Below are positions 41,253 to 51,685 of a DNA stretch of 64,000 nt, piece by piece. Source of the stretch: an uncultured SAR86 cluster bacterium (GTDB lineage Bacteria; Pseudomonadota; Gammaproteobacteria; Magnimaribacterales; D2472); the NCBI GenBank assembly GCA_902596165.1, contig CACJSU010000005.1:34607-98606 (forward strand). Reading direction: 5' to 3'. How positions within the stretch are numbered: the stretch's first letter is position 1; each line of letters starts with the position of its first letter. The position numbers and the translations under genes are program-made. The notes under the pieces were generated by a model. It saw only the letters and a list, made by a program, of their open reading frames with translations. It made no database searches and was not told where the DNA came from.

Positions 41253-41869
41253 TCACTCACTGTAACTGAATTAATAATGGTTGGTTCAAGAGGTGCATCA
41301 GCATAGCCGCCAACAGTAGAGGTTGTGCTTAGAGCAATTTGATCTACAACATCCATACCATCAATCACTGAACCGAAAACTGCATAACCCCAGCCTTGAG
41401 AATTTTCGGCTGTGTGATTTAGAAAGTCATTATCTTTATGATTTATAAAAAATTGACCAGTAGCAGAATGAGGATCCATGGTTCTAGCCATAGCAATAGA
41501 GCCACGATCATTTTTCAATCCATTATTGGCCTCATTTTGGATTGGATCTGTATTTGTTGGCTTGGGAGTCATATTTTCATCTAGACCACCGCCTTGCACC
41601 ATAAATCCTTCAATAATTCTATGAAAAATTGTGCCTGAATAATAGCCGTCTTCAGCTAATTTTAAAAAGTTCGCCACGGTTATGGGCGCGTTATCAGCAT
41701 CAAGCTCTAAGTGGATGTCTCCGGCTGAAGTAGAAATAGTAACAAGCGACATTTGATCCTCCTCTGGATAATATTCAGTCTGATCTTTTTGACTAATGGG
41801 TGATAGGAAGAAGATTGATGCAACTGCGGTTACAATAATTATTAAGGCAGTAATTTGTATTTTTGACAT
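41249..41869 (-). CDS. Cyclophilin-type peptidyl-prolyl cis-trans isomerase with N-terminal hydrophobic signal/anchor
   Basis: 206 aa. Motifs FHRIIEGFMVQGG, GSIAMAR and WGYAVFG. N-terminal IQITALIIIVTAVASIFFL. Confidence 0.9.
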   Translation of the reverse strand: MSKIQITALIIIVTAVASIFFLSPISQKDQTEYYPEEDQMSLVTISTSAGDIHLELDADNAPITVANFLKLAEDGYYSGTIFHRIIEGFMVQGGGLDENMTPKPTNTDPIQNEANNGLKNDRGSIAMARTMDPHSATGQFFINHKDNDFLNHTAENSQGWGYAVFGSVIDGMDVVDQIALSTTSTVGGYADAPLEPTIINSVTVSE

Positions 41870-41930
41870 TAATAAAACCTACATTCCAATTAAGTTCTTT
41901 ATAATAAGTGATTCATATATCAAATAATAG

Positions 41931-43301
41931 ATGACAATTAAGTTTTATAACTCCTTAACCAATCAGAAGGAAGATTTTGTACCCATACGCGAGGGTGAGG
42001 TCGGGGTATATGTCTGTGGAATGACAGTCTATGATAATTGTCATTTGGGTCATGCAAGAGCAATGATGGCTTTTGACATTCTTGCCCGCTACCTTCGATA
42101 TCAAAATTATAAAGTAAATTTTATTCGCAACATTACTGATATAGACGACAAAATTATTGAAAGAGCTAATGAAAATAAAGAGACGATAGATGTTCTTACG
42201 GACAGAACAATTAGGAGCATGCAAGAAGATTTTGCTATGCTTGGGTTAGAGCTTCCTACAAATGAACCTCGTGCAACTGATCATATTGCAGGGATGATTA
42301 AAATGATTAGCACGCTTATTGATAAAGGACATGCTTATCATTCTGAAGGTGGGGATGTTTTTTTTGCTGTGCGCACATTTCCTGAGTATGGAAAACTGTC
42401 AAATAAAAATATCGATGATTTGAATCCAGGCTCTAGAATTGAAGAGGATGGCTCTAAAAAAGATCCATTAGATTTTGTGTTATGGAAAAGTGCTAAACCA
42501 AATGAACCATCATGGGAGTCTCCTTGGGGTCTTGGAAGACCTGGCTGGCATATTGAATGTTCAGTAATGTCACTAGAAAATTTAGGCGAGCATTTTGATA
42601 TCCACGGGGGAGGCCCAGATTTACTCTTCCCTCATCATGAAAATGAAATTGCTCAATCTGAATGTGCCTCTGATCATAAATTTGCAAACTACTGGATGCA
42701 TTCAGGATTACTAAAAATAAATGGTGAGAAGATGTCAAAGTCTTTGGGTAATTTTGCAATGCTGAAAGATTTATTTGCTTCTTATCATCCAGAAGTCATT
42801 CGATATTACTTAATCTCTAGTCACTATAGAAGCTCTTTAAATTTTGATAGCGACTCTCTTGATCAAGCACGATCAGCTTTAACAAGACTTTATCAGGCTT
42901 TATTGCTTGCACCATCAGAAGAGTCAGACTTGCATGATGATAGTGTTAAGGAATTTAAAGATTCAATGAATGATGATTTAAATACCCCTGAGGCATTAAG
43001 TATTCTATTTAGGTTAGCAAAATCAATTAATAGCAGTCAGGATACTCAAGATCAGATCATGTATGCATCAACTATGAGAGAATTGGGCAAAGTTTTAGGG
43101 CTCCTTAATGATAGTTCTGAAGCTTTTCTACAGCATGGCGCGAATTTAACTGATGAAGAGATTAATCAGAAGATAGAGGAAAGAAATCAGGCAAGAGATA
43201 ATAAGGATTTTCAAAAAGCTGATCAGATAAGAGATGAATTGGCAGCACAAGGTATTTTGCTTGATGACTCTAGCGATGGAACTAGCTGGAAGAAGTCTTA
43301 A
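41931..43301 (+). CDS. cysS: Cysteine--tRNA ligase
   Basis: 456 aa. N-terminus collinear with E. coli CysS, HIGH-type HLGHAR, and KMSKS. Confidence 0.96.
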   Translation: MTIKFYNSLTNQKEDFVPIREGEVGVYVCGMTVYDNCHLGHARAMMAFDILARYLRYQNYKVNFIRNITDIDDKIIERANENKETIDVLTDRTIRSMQEDFAMLGLELPTNEPRATDHIAGMIKMISTLIDKGHAYHSEGGDVFFAVRTFPEYGKLSNKNIDDLNPGSRIEEDGSKKDPLDFVLWKSAKPNEPSWESPWGLGRPGWHIECSVMSLENLGEHFDIHGGGPDLLFPHHENEIAQSECASDHKFANYWMHSGLLKINGEKMSKSLGNFAMLKDLFASYHPEVIRYYLISSHYRSSLNFDSDSLDQARSALTRLYQALLLAPSEESDLHDDSVKEFKDSMNDDLNTPEALSILFRLAKSINSSQDTQDQIMYASTMRELGKVLGLLNDSSEAFLQHGANLTDEEINQKIEERNQARDNKDFQKADQIRDELAAQGILLDDSSDGTSWKKS

Positions 43302-44167
43302 TCATCTTCTTGCAAGTCTGCAATAACAGACTCAATACCTGTTGAACCCATGTTCATCCCAACAACCCTTTCAATGCCCATTTTGGCATAGTGCTCAGCA
43401 GCATCTTTCATTAAACCTGATCTGTCTAATTCTATGCCTCCATCAACACAAATATTTATACCAGTTATAAATCTAGATTCGTCGCTAGCTAAAAAAAGTG
43501 CAGTATTTGCTATATCAATTGGCATACCAAAGTCTTTTATAGGTTGATCAAGCTTACTATCTTCAATTGCTGTGGCAAGGAGTGGAGTATTGATGGTGCC
43601 AGGAGAAATTGCATTTACTCTAATGTTATTTGGACCTAATTCAATGGCCGCATTAATGCAAAAATTGATAATTCCTGCTTTCGCTGCAGAATAAGCCAAA
43701 GGACCTGAGCCACCCCCCATTCCAGCTATTGAAGCTGTATTTATAATAGAGCCTCCAACATTATTTTTTATCATTACTCTTGCAGCATATTTGCAGCCAA
43801 GAAAAACTGATTTGAGAAGCATTTGGAATGATTTATCCCATTCATCAGCATCAATATGAGTAATAGGACCAACTGCACCACCAATACCAGCATTATTAAA
43901 AAGGATATTCAAACCACCAAAATGATCAACTGCAATATTGATCATTTTTTCTATATCATTTTCTAAAGAAACATCAGTAACAGCTATGCATGCATCTGCA
44001 TCCATTTTTTTTTGTTTAATAATTTCAAACGTTTCTTCGAGGGATTTTTTATTTATATCTGCTAAAACAACCTTAGCTCCTTGTTCTAAAAACAATAATG
44101 CAGTTTCTTTACCAATACCACTTCCAGCACCTGTTATTACTGCGACTTTATCTTGCAATCTTTTCAT
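43298..44167 (-). CDS. Short-chain dehydrogenase/reductase (classical)
   Basis: 289 aa. Motifs TGAGSGIGK, NNAG, and TAS..(13)..YSAAK (canonical Ser-Tyr-Lys spacing). Confidence 0.85.
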   Translation of the reverse strand: MKRLQDKVAVITGAGSGIGKETALLFLEQGAKVVLADINKKSLEETFEIIKQKKMDADACIAVTDVSLENDIEKMINIAVDHFGGLNILFNNAGIGGAVGPITHIDADEWDKSFQMLLKSVFLGCKYAARVMIKNNVGGSIINTASIAGMGGGSGPLAYSAAKAGIINFCINAAIELGPNNIRVNAISPGTINTPLLATAIEDSKLDQPIKDFGMPIDIANTALFLASDESRFITGINICVDGGIELDRSGLMKDAAEHYAKMGIERVVGMNMGSTGIESVIADLQEDD

Positions 44168-44341
44168 TTAATGATTATTACCGAAACATTGTGAAAAGAA
44201 AAATAAAGTTTTCAAAAATTCATTTTTTGTTTACAGGCTTGTCATTCAATTGATTCAAACAAGGCATTAAATAACGTTAACCAAAAGTTCACCATGCATG
44301 TGAAAGGTAAATAGATTAAAATTATTGATTGGCCAAAAGAA

Positions 44342-44418
44342 TGGCTCCCTGACGTGGGATCGAACCACGGACCAATTGATTAACAGTCAACTGCTCTACC
44401 GCTGAGCTATCAGGGAAC
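44342..44418 (-). tRNA. tRNA-Asn (anticodon GUU), CCA encoded
   Basis: The reverse complement GTTCCCTGATAGCTCAGCGGTAGAGCAGTTGACTGTTAATCAATTGGTCCGTGGTTCGATCCCACGTCAGGGAGCCA folds as a cloverleaf: 7-bp acceptor, anticodon loop CUGUUAA, and GGTTCGATCC T-arm. Confidence 0.95.
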
Positions 44419-44462
44419 AAGTTGAGAATTATAAATTAAAATTCATAAAGTAAAACAAGATA

Positions 44463-46472
44463 ATGACAAAAAATTTAACTGTTACATCTCCGTTTGAGCC
44501 TGCTGGCAGTCAACCAACAGCAATCAAAACTCTTGTTAATGGCCTAAATGATGGATTGCTGCATCAAGTATTGCTTGGTGTCACCGGGTCTGGAAAGACC
44601 TATACCATGGCTAAAATCATTGAATCAACTCAAAGGCCTGCTGTGGTCATGGCTCCAAATAAAACATTAGCCGCCCAATTATACGGAGAGCTTAAAGATT
44701 TCTTTCCAAAAAATTCTGTTGAGTATTTTGTTTCTTATTACGATTATTACCAACCTGAAGCATATGTGCCCACTTCAGATACTTACATTGCAAAAGATGC
44801 ATCTGTTAATGAGCATATTGAGCAAATGCGTCTCTCGGCAACCAAGGCTCTGCTGGAAAGAAATGACACTATAGTTGTCGCTACTGTATCAGCGATATAT
44901 GGATTGGGTGCTCCTGAATCTTATCTGAATATGATTTTGCATTTAGACAGAGGTGAGACAATAGATCAAAGAACAATTCTGCGTCGTTTATCTTCAATGC
45001 AATATACTCGAAATGATATTGATTTTAGACGTGCAACTTTTAGGGTGCGTGGAGATGTGATTGATATATATCCAGCTGATTCAGAGCGAGATGCACTGAG
45101 AATTGAATTATTTGGAGATGAGGTAGAGCGTTTACTTTGGATAGACCCATTAACTGGGGAAGTTATCAATGAAACGCCTCGAGCAACAATTTATCCAAAA
45201 ACTCATTATGTAACACCCAAAGAGACAGTTTTGGATTGCTTAAAAACGGTTCGAGAGGAATTAAAAGAAAGAATTAAGTTCTTAAAAGATAATGATAAGT
45301 TGGTTGAGGCACAAAGGCTTCAGGAGAGAACAACCTATGATTTAGAAATGATGCAAGAGTTGGGATATTGTCAAGGCATAGAAAATTATTCACGTTATCT
45401 TTCTGGGCGTAACCCAGGAGAGCCGCCACCATGTCTTTTTGACTATTTACCTAAAAATGCAATAGTTTTTATGGATGAATCTCATGTCTCAGTTCCTCAA
45501 ATTGGAGGGATGTATAAAGGTGATCGATCAAGAAAAGAGACCCTGGTTGAGTATGGGTTCAGACTGCCATCTGCTTTGGACAATCGTCCACTAAAATTTG
45601 AAGAATGGGAGGATGTTACACCTCAAAAAATTTATGTATCTGCAACCCCTGGCAAGTATGAGTTAGAGCATTCCGATAATATGGCTGAGTTATTGGTCAG
45701 GCCAACTGGATTGATTGACCCTGAGATTGAAATTAGACCTGCAATCTCTCAAATCGATGATGTGATTGGTGAATGCAATGAAAGGGCTATTTTAAAAGAG
45801 AGAGTACTGATAACAACTCTAACAAAACGGATGGCTGAAGATCTCACTGACTATTTAGAAGAAAATGGTATTAGAACTCGTTATATGCACTCTGATGTAG
45901 ATACAGTAGAAAGAACTGAAATTATTAGAGACTTAAGACTAGGCCATTTTGACGTTTTGGTGGGGATTAATTTATTAAGAGAGGGTCTTGATATTCCTGA
46001 AGTTAGTTTAGTTGCAATATTGGATGCTGATAAGGAGGGTTTTTTAAGGTCAGAAGTCACTCTTATTCAGACAGTTGGAAGGGCAGCAAGAAATATTCGA
46101 GGCAAGGCAATTATGTATGCCGATAAGGTTACAGGTTCCATGCAAAGAGCCATGGATGAAATGTCCAGAAGGAGAGAAATTCAAGTCAAATTTAATAAAG
46201 ATAACAAGATCACCCCAACATCAATTGTTAAAGATATAAAAGATATAATGGAGGGAGCAAGAGTTACTAAACAAGCAAAGAAAACTAAGCCTCAATATTT
46301 TGAAAAGGAACTACCTTTTAAAATTAAAAATGAAACACCTGATGAGATTTCAACCTCAATTAGTAAATTAGAAGAACAGATGTACATTTATGCAAAAGAA
46401 ACTGAGTATGAAAAAGCTGCGTTTTGTAGAGATCAAATTAAAAATTTAAAGTGGCAGCTTCTTAATTCCTAA
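44463..46472 (+). CDS. uvrB: Excinuclease ABC subunit B
   Basis: 669 aa. Motifs [18 protein letters not shown], and a C-terminal UVR motif ([16 protein letters not shown]). Confidence 0.97.
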   Translation: MTKNLTVTSPFEPAGSQPTAIKTLVNGLNDGLLHQVLLGVTGSGKTYTMAKIIESTQRPAVVMAPNKTLAAQLYGELKDFFPKNSVEYFVSYYDYYQPEAYVPTSDTYIAKDASVNEHIEQMRLSATKALLERNDTIVVATVSAIYGLGAPESYLNMILHLDRGETIDQRTILRRLSSMQYTRNDIDFRRATFRVRGDVIDIYPADSERDALRIELFGDEVERLLWIDPLTGEVINETPRATIYPKTHYVTPKETVLDCLKTVREELKERIKFLKDNDKLVEAQRLQERTTYDLEMMQELGYCQGIENYSRYLSGRNPGEPPPCLFDYLPKNAIVFMDESHVSVPQIGGMYKGDRSRKETLVEYGFRLPSALDNRPLKFEEWEDVTPQKIYVSATPGKYELEHSDNMAELLVRPTGLIDPEIEIRPAISQIDDVIGECNERAILKERVLITTLTKRMAEDLTDYLEENGIRTRYMHSDVDTVERTEIIRDLRLGHFDVLVGINLLREGLDIPEVSLVAILDADKEGFLRSEVTLIQTVGRAARNIRGKAIMYADKVTGSMQRAMDEMSRRREIQVKFNKDNKITPTSIVKDIKDIMEGARVTKQAKKTKPQYFEKELPFKIKNETPDEISTSISKLEEQMYIYAKETEYEKAAFCRDQIKNLKWQLLNS

Positions 46473-46474
46473 AT

Positions 46475-47194
46475 CTAGCTATCACTGCAGTTTTGGGCGA
46501 TTAAGAGATAATAATAATCTCTAACTCTTTCTACAAAATCTACAGTTTGCTGACCTCTAGAATAATCTTTTGAATCCATAGAGGTCTTTAAATTGAGCAA
46601 ATATCCTTCCAAATCTAACCAGGTCACTTCAATCGGTTTTTTATCTATTGCATCAATTGCATTTTTTATGTTTGTAGTGCCTAAATTGTATGAAGCTAAT
46701 ATAAATGCAATTTTGTCACCCGATGAGGTTCCATAGTTGATGTTTGATTTGAGATCAGAAATGTATTGCGCGCCGCCATAAATACTTTGAATCGGATCTA
46801 AGCGATTTGTAACGCCTACTGATGCTGCTGTCGGGAGGGTTAACATCATCATGCCTTTAACTTGGGTTGCTGACCTAGCCTTTGGATTCCATTGCGATTC
46901 TTGAAAAGCAACAGCAGCAAGAAGCTCCCACTCAATATCAAAAGTTTGCGCAGCTTCAATAAAATCATTTTTGTATTTTAAGAATCTTGATTTTTTTAAT
47001 TCATCAAATTTATTTTTTTCAAAATCGCTAAGCCTTGAAAAGGAATATAATTTTTCGTTAATAATGCTGCAGTAAACCGATACAGGAGTGTTTACAGGTT
47101 CTTTTGTGCAGGCATATAGACCAAAAATCAGGATGAATATAATTGAGTTTTTTGCAAGGAATTGCATCGTTTTTATTTTTTTAATTTTAAACAT
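46475..47194 (-). CDS. Lytic transglycosylase, SLT domain only (MltF C-terminal-domain-like), probable lipoprotein
   Basis: 239 aa. Signal ending FGLYAC. SLT motif LLAAVAFQESQWNPKARSATQVKGMMMLT and AYNLG. Divergent from purL, as mltF is in E. coli and Pseudomonas. Confidence 0.75.
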   Translation of the reverse strand: MFKIKKIKTMQFLAKNSIIFILIFGLYACTKEPVNTPVSVYCSIINEKLYSFSRLSDFEKNKFDELKKSRFLKYKNDFIEAAQTFDIEWELLAAVAFQESQWNPKARSATQVKGMMMLTLPTAASVGVTNRLDPIQSIYGGAQYISDLKSNINYGTSSGDKIAFILASYNLGTTNIKNAIDAIDKKPIEVTWLDLEGYLLNLKTSMDSKDYSRGQQTVDFVERVRDYYYLLIAQNCSDS

Positions 47195-47233
47195 CCTTAT
47201 AATTAATTATTACAATATTTTACTAGAGAGCTA

Positions 47234-50200
47234 GTGTCAAAAAATCTTAATTTGCTACTTCAGGGTCCCTCAAGTTTCTCCCCGTCAAAAATTGCATCTC
47301 TTAAGTCTGATTTGAATTCAGAGAATAATTTTCAAATTGATGAATTAAGTAGCTGTGATTTTTATTCTGTAGATGTAAGTCAAGATTTTTCTGATAATGT
47401 AAAGTTAATAGAGTTATTGAACTCTAGCGAAACCTCAAATTTACCTAATTTTTTTATTGGTCCAAGATCTGGAACTATTAGCCCATGGGCATCTAAAACA
47501 AGTGAAATAATTGCTAATGTTGGTATTCAAGGTGTCGAAAGAATTGAAAAGTATTTTGGTTACTTTGTAAACAATAAAAGCGATGAAGTTAATTTGAGTG
47601 TGTCATGTTTATTTGATCGTATGACCCAGGAAGTCTTTATGAGTTCAAAGGATATCGCTTCAGTTGGTGCCGCCGTTAAAAGAAAGCCTTTGATAAGTAT
47701 TGATATTTCCAAAGGATCTACGGATTCTTTAATTCAAGCAAATCAAGATTTAGGATTAGCTTTGTCTGAGGAAGAAATTAATTATCTAGATCATTTTTAT
47801 AAGTCTGTTTCTCGTAATCCTACTGATGCTGAATTAATGATGTTTGCGCAAGCTAATTCTGAGCATTGCAGGCACAAAATATTTAATGCAGCTTGGATAA
47901 TAAATTCTATTTCTCAAGAGGAGTCTTTATTTGACCTAATCAAAAAAACAAGCAAAGGCAACAAACTAGATTTGATTTCAGCTTATAAAGATAATGCTGC
48001 TGTTATCTCAGGGGCTGCTGTGATGACACTGAATAGAAATTTAAAAAATAGCTATAGTTTTTCTTCTGAAAAAATTAATTCAACTTTAAAAGTTGAAACT
48101 CATAATCACCCTACAGCTATTTCACCTTTTCCAGGAGCTGCGACCGGTTCTGGTGGAGAAATAAGGGATGAGGGTGCAACAGGCTCTGGCGCAAAGCCTA
48201 AAATGGGATTGGTTGGTTTTAATGTTTCTAATCTTAGATTAGAGGATTTTCCTCGTGCATGGGAAAAAGTTTCGTACATCCCTTCAAGGATTGCCTCTCC
48301 TTTGCAAATTATGATTGAGGGACCTATTGGGGCAGCAGCCTTTAATAATGAATTTGGACGACCAAGCACTCTTGGTTACTTTAGAGTTTTTGAGCAGCCC
48401 TTTGTTAACAATCAAACTTACGGATACCACAAACCAATTATGTTGGCTGGAGGCATAGGTGAGGTTAAAAATAGAAATAGCATTAAAAATCCCATAGAAG
48501 TTGGTGATTTAGTTGTTGTTATAGGTGGTCCTTCAATGCTTATAGGATTGGGAGGCGGGGCGGCCTCATCCATGTCATCTGGAGAAAGTGATGAAGATCT
48601 AGATTTCGCTTCTGTTCAAAGAGAAAATGCCGAAATGCAGAGAAGATGCCAAGAGGTAATTAATCAATGTGCATTTGAATCACCAAACCTTATTGAATTT
48701 ATTCATGATGTTGGAGCAGGGGGGCTTTCAAATGCAATTCCAGAATTGGCTAAAGACTGTAATCTGGGTGTTGCTATAGATTTAAGCTTGATACCCGTTG
48801 CAGATCCAAGCCTCTCTCCTATGGAAGTTTGGTCAAATGAATCTCAAGAGCGTTACGTTTTAGCAATTAAAAAACTAAACAAAGTTATTTTTGAAAGTAT
48901 ATGTCGCAGAGAAAGATGCCCAGTTGCTTTTGTTGGCAAAACTACCTCATCAGATGCGGTAGAGGTTTATGACTCTGAAAGAGATGAATTCCCTGTTCAA
49001 GTACCACTATCAATGTTATTTGGTGACTTACCTATTTCTAACATGTCAGTTAATCGCCCAGCAGCTAAACAACTAGCTGATTCTATTAATTATGATGTAG
49101 ATTTATCTGAAGTAATTCAGAGAGTGCTTTCGCATCCTTCTGTAGCTTCAAAATCCTTTTTAATTACTATTGGTGATAGAACCGTTGGTGGATTGGTTGC
49201 TCGCGATCAACTAGTAGGAAGATTTCAAGTGCCTACTTCAAACTATGCCATGTCTACTAAATCATTTCTTAGTAATGAGGGAGATGTTTTATCAATTGGA
49301 GAAAAGCCAACCCTTGCAATCAAAAATCCAGCGGCATCTATGAGGATGGCTTTAGCTGAGGCATTAATGAACTTAATCTCTGCTCCAGTCAAAAACCTAG
49401 ATCTAGTTAGACTTTCTGCAAATTGGATGGCAGCCTGTGAAGATGAGGATGATAATTATGCACTGAGACTAGGAGTTGAAGCGCTATCACAAATATGCGT
49501 TGAGTTAGGAATTGCTATACCAGTGGGCAAAGACTCCTTGTCTATGAAAACAAAGTGGCATGAAGATGGTCAGCAGTTTGAAGTGAAGAGCCCTTTGTCA
49601 GGCGTCATTACTGCTATGGCTCCAGTTAAAGATGTCTCAATGGCCATAACAACTGAATTTAGTGAGCATGGTTCAATAGATTTGTATCATTTACTTTTGA
49701 ATGATGAATCCAGATTAGGCGGCTCTATTTTTGAGGAAGTTACTTCTTCAAGCATTCAAAGGGTTCCAGATATTGACAATGTTCAATCATTAAAAACCCT
49801 ATTTAATTCAATCCAGGAGTTAATCCGGCGAGGCTGGATTGTTGCTTTGCATGATGTTTCTGATGGAGGATTATTTACCACTGTTGCAGAATTATCATTT
49901 ACTAATAAAGTTGGCATAGAAATTTTTGCTCCAGAAACTGTTCAAAATGACGGGTTGATGCAATACCTCTTCGCTGAAGAAACAGGGGCTGTCATTCAAT
50001 TTCATAATGAATTTCAGGATCAAGCACTAGATTTCTTGAAACAGGTAAATATTGAGTTTCAAAAGTGTGCAACACTAAGATCTGATGCGAAGATTTCTAT
50101 TTCCTTAAACAACACACTTGAGTTTTCCGATTCAGTGGTAAATTTAGAAAAGATCTGGAATGAAACCTCCCACTCAATTAAATCTTCAAGAGATAATCCT

Positions 50201-51088
50201 GTTAGCGCCAAAGAAGAGTTTGATCTGATTGACAAATTTGATGATCAAGGCTTGGTTGCTAAAGACAATTTTCAATTTTCTGCTCATCTACCTGCATTCA
50301 ATAAAAACATAAAACCCAAGGTAGCAATTTTTAGAGAGCAGGGAGTTAATGGTCAAAATGAAATGGCTGCAGCATTTATGTTGGCTGGATTTGATGCTTT
50401 TGACGTTCACATGCAAGACCTTTTTGATAACCCTGACTTGCTTTTAAAATTTCAGGGTGTGGCAGCTTGTGGTGGTTTTTCTTACGGTGATGTTCTGGGA
50501 GCTGGAGGAGGCTGGTCTTCAAGCATTAATTATAACAATACTGTTAGAGACTCATTCGAACACTTTTTTAATCGAGATGAAACATTTACTCTTGGTGTTT
50601 GCAATGGCTGTCAGATGTTATCTAATTTAAAAAACTTAATTCCAGGTGCTGAAAATTGGCCTGAATTTTTGTGGAATGAATCTGATCAATTTGAAGCCCG
50701 TCTATCTCAAGTCACTATTACTCAATCTAAGTCAGTTCTCTTGGCCAATATGGAGGGATGGCAAATTCCAGTTGCTGTAGCACATGGAGAGGGTCGAGCT
50801 TCATTTCAAGGAGAAGCGCTAGCAAAACTTTCTGAGCATAATCAAATAGCAGTTCAATTTACAGATAATAAGGGAGCTATAGCCTCTTCATACCCTTTAA
50901 ATCCAAATGGATCTCCTGAGGGTATTACTGGCCTAACAACTAGAGACGGGAGAGTAACTATTATGATGCCTCATCCTGAAAGAGTTTTTCGATCTCAACA
51001 ACTATCTTGGAAGCCATCGAATTGGAAAGAGTATTCTCCCTGGATGCAAATATTTATAAATGCATATAAATTTAGCCAAGGTTCTTAA
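47234..51088 (+). CDS. purL: Phosphoribosylformylglycinamidine synthase (large single-chain form)
   Basis: 1284 aa with a GTG start. Motifs NSEHCRHKIF, ETHNHPTAISPFPGAATGSGGEIRD, and the C-terminal glutaminase GVCNGCQM. Confidence 0.97.
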   Translation: MSKNLNLLLQGPSSFSPSKIASLKSDLNSENNFQIDELSSCDFYSVDVSQDFSDNVKLIELLNSSETSNLPNFFIGPRSGTISPWASKTSEIIANVGIQGVERIEKYFGYFVNNKSDEVNLSVSCLFDRMTQEVFMSSKDIASVGAAVKRKPLISIDISKGSTDSLIQANQDLGLALSEEEINYLDHFYKSVSRNPTDAELMMFAQANSEHCRHKIFNAAWIINSISQEESLFDLIKKTSKGNKLDLISAYKDNAAVISGAAVMTLNRNLKNSYSFSSEKINSTLKVETHNHPTAISPFPGAATGSGGEIRDEGATGSGAKPKMGLVGFNVSNLRLEDFPRAWEKVSYIPSRIASPLQIMIEGPIGAAAFNNEFGRPSTLGYFRVFEQPFVNNQTYGYHKPIMLAGGIGEVKNRNSIKNPIEVGDLVVVIGGPSMLIGLGGGAASSMSSGESDEDLDFASVQRENAEMQRRCQEVINQCAFESPNLIEFIHDVGAGGLSNAIPELAKDCNLGVAIDLSLIPVADPSLSPMEVWSNESQERYVLAIKKLNKVIFESICRRERCPVAFVGKTTSSDAVEVYDSERDEFPVQVPLSMLFGDLPISNMSVNRPAAKQLADSINYDVDLSEVIQRVLSHPSVASKSFLITIGDRTVGGLVARDQLVGRFQVPTSNYAMSTKSFLSNEGDVLSIGEKPTLAIKNPAASMRMALAEALMNLISAPVKNLDLVRLSANWMAACEDEDDNYALRLGVEALSQICVELGIAIPVGKDSLSMKTKWHEDGQQFEVKSPLSGVITAMAPVKDVSMAITTEFSEHGSIDLYHLLLNDESRLGGSIFEEVTSSSIQRVPDIDNVQSLKTLFNSIQELIRRGWIVALHDVSDGGLFTTVAELSFTNKVGIEIFAPETVQNDGLMQYLFAEETGAVIQFHNEFQDQALDFLKQVNIEFQKCATLRSDAKISISLNNTLEFSDSVVNLEKIWNETSHSIKSSRDNPVSAKEEFDLIDKFDDQGLVAKDNFQFSAHLPAFNKNIKPKVAIFREQGVNGQNEMAAAFMLAGFDAFDVHMQDLFDNPDLLLKFQGVAACGGFSYGDVLGAGGGWSSSINYNNTVRDSFEHFFNRDETFTLGVCNGCQMLSNLKNLIPGAENWPEFLWNESDQFEARLSQVTITQSKSVLLANMEGWQIPVAVAHGEGRASFQGEALAKLSEHNQIAVQFTDNKGAIASSYPLNPNGSPEGITGLTTRDGRVTIMMPHPERVFRSQQLSWKPSNWKEYSPWMQIFINAYKFSQGS

Positions 51089-51097
51089 ATATTTTAA

Positions 51098-51634
51098 CTA
51101 CCAAAGCTTTAAAGCTTCCTCTCTGAAAGGAAATTCACCAGATTCCACATCATCAAAATAATACTTTAATGTCTTTGTCACGGTTGGGAATGCAATTTCA
51201 TCCCAAGGAATTTCATCTTTTGTGAATAACCTTACTTCAGAGCTTTCAGAAGTTGGACCAAATTTTTCATTACCCAAGTTAGCCAAGTAAAAAAAGTGAA
51301 CTTGACTAATATGAGTCAGGCTAAATGCTGTATAAGGGGCAATAATTTTTGGTGTAGCTTGCGTTTCTTCTTTGGTTTCTCTTAACGCTCCCTCTTGAAG
51401 AGTTTCTGCATTCTCCATAAATCCTGCAGGCAAGGTCCATCGACCAAAGCGAGGCTCTATATTTCTTTTGCATAAAAGGACATGATCATCTTTGATGCAT
51501 ATCGTACCAACAATTAAATTTGGATTAGTATAAAAAATTGAACCACAGGCAGAACAAATATACCGCTTTAAATTGTCATCAGCTGGAACTTTAAAATCAA
51601 TTTGATCGCTTCCGCATTTTGAACAATATCTCAA
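51098..51634 (-). CDS. NUDIX hydrolase with N-terminal zinc ribbon
   Basis: 178 aa. Zinc ribbon CSKCGS..CSACGS followed by the Nudix box GFMENAETLQEGALRETKEETQA. Confidence 0.8.
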   Translation of the reverse strand: MRYCSKCGSDQIDFKVPADDNLKRYICSACGSIFYTNPNLIVGTICIKDDHVLLCKRNIEPRFGRWTLPAGFMENAETLQEGALRETKEETQATPKIIAPYTAFSLTHISQVHFFYLANLGNEKFGPTSESSEVRLFTKDEIPWDEIAFPTVTKTLKYYFDDVESGEFPFREEALKLW

Positions 51635-51685
51635 AAGTGCTCCTTTCTTAGAGAATAAAATGTCGTAAGAAGTTAAACTTACGCA

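Noticed and set aside
44288-44310. TTCAC-N7-GTGAA hairpin followed (on the minus strand) by CTTTT, as an intrinsic terminator for tRNA-Asn.
   Set aside because: The stem is only 5 bp and AT-rich and the T-tract is short, which is too weak to call a terminator. It is mentioned only within the noncoding-region finding.
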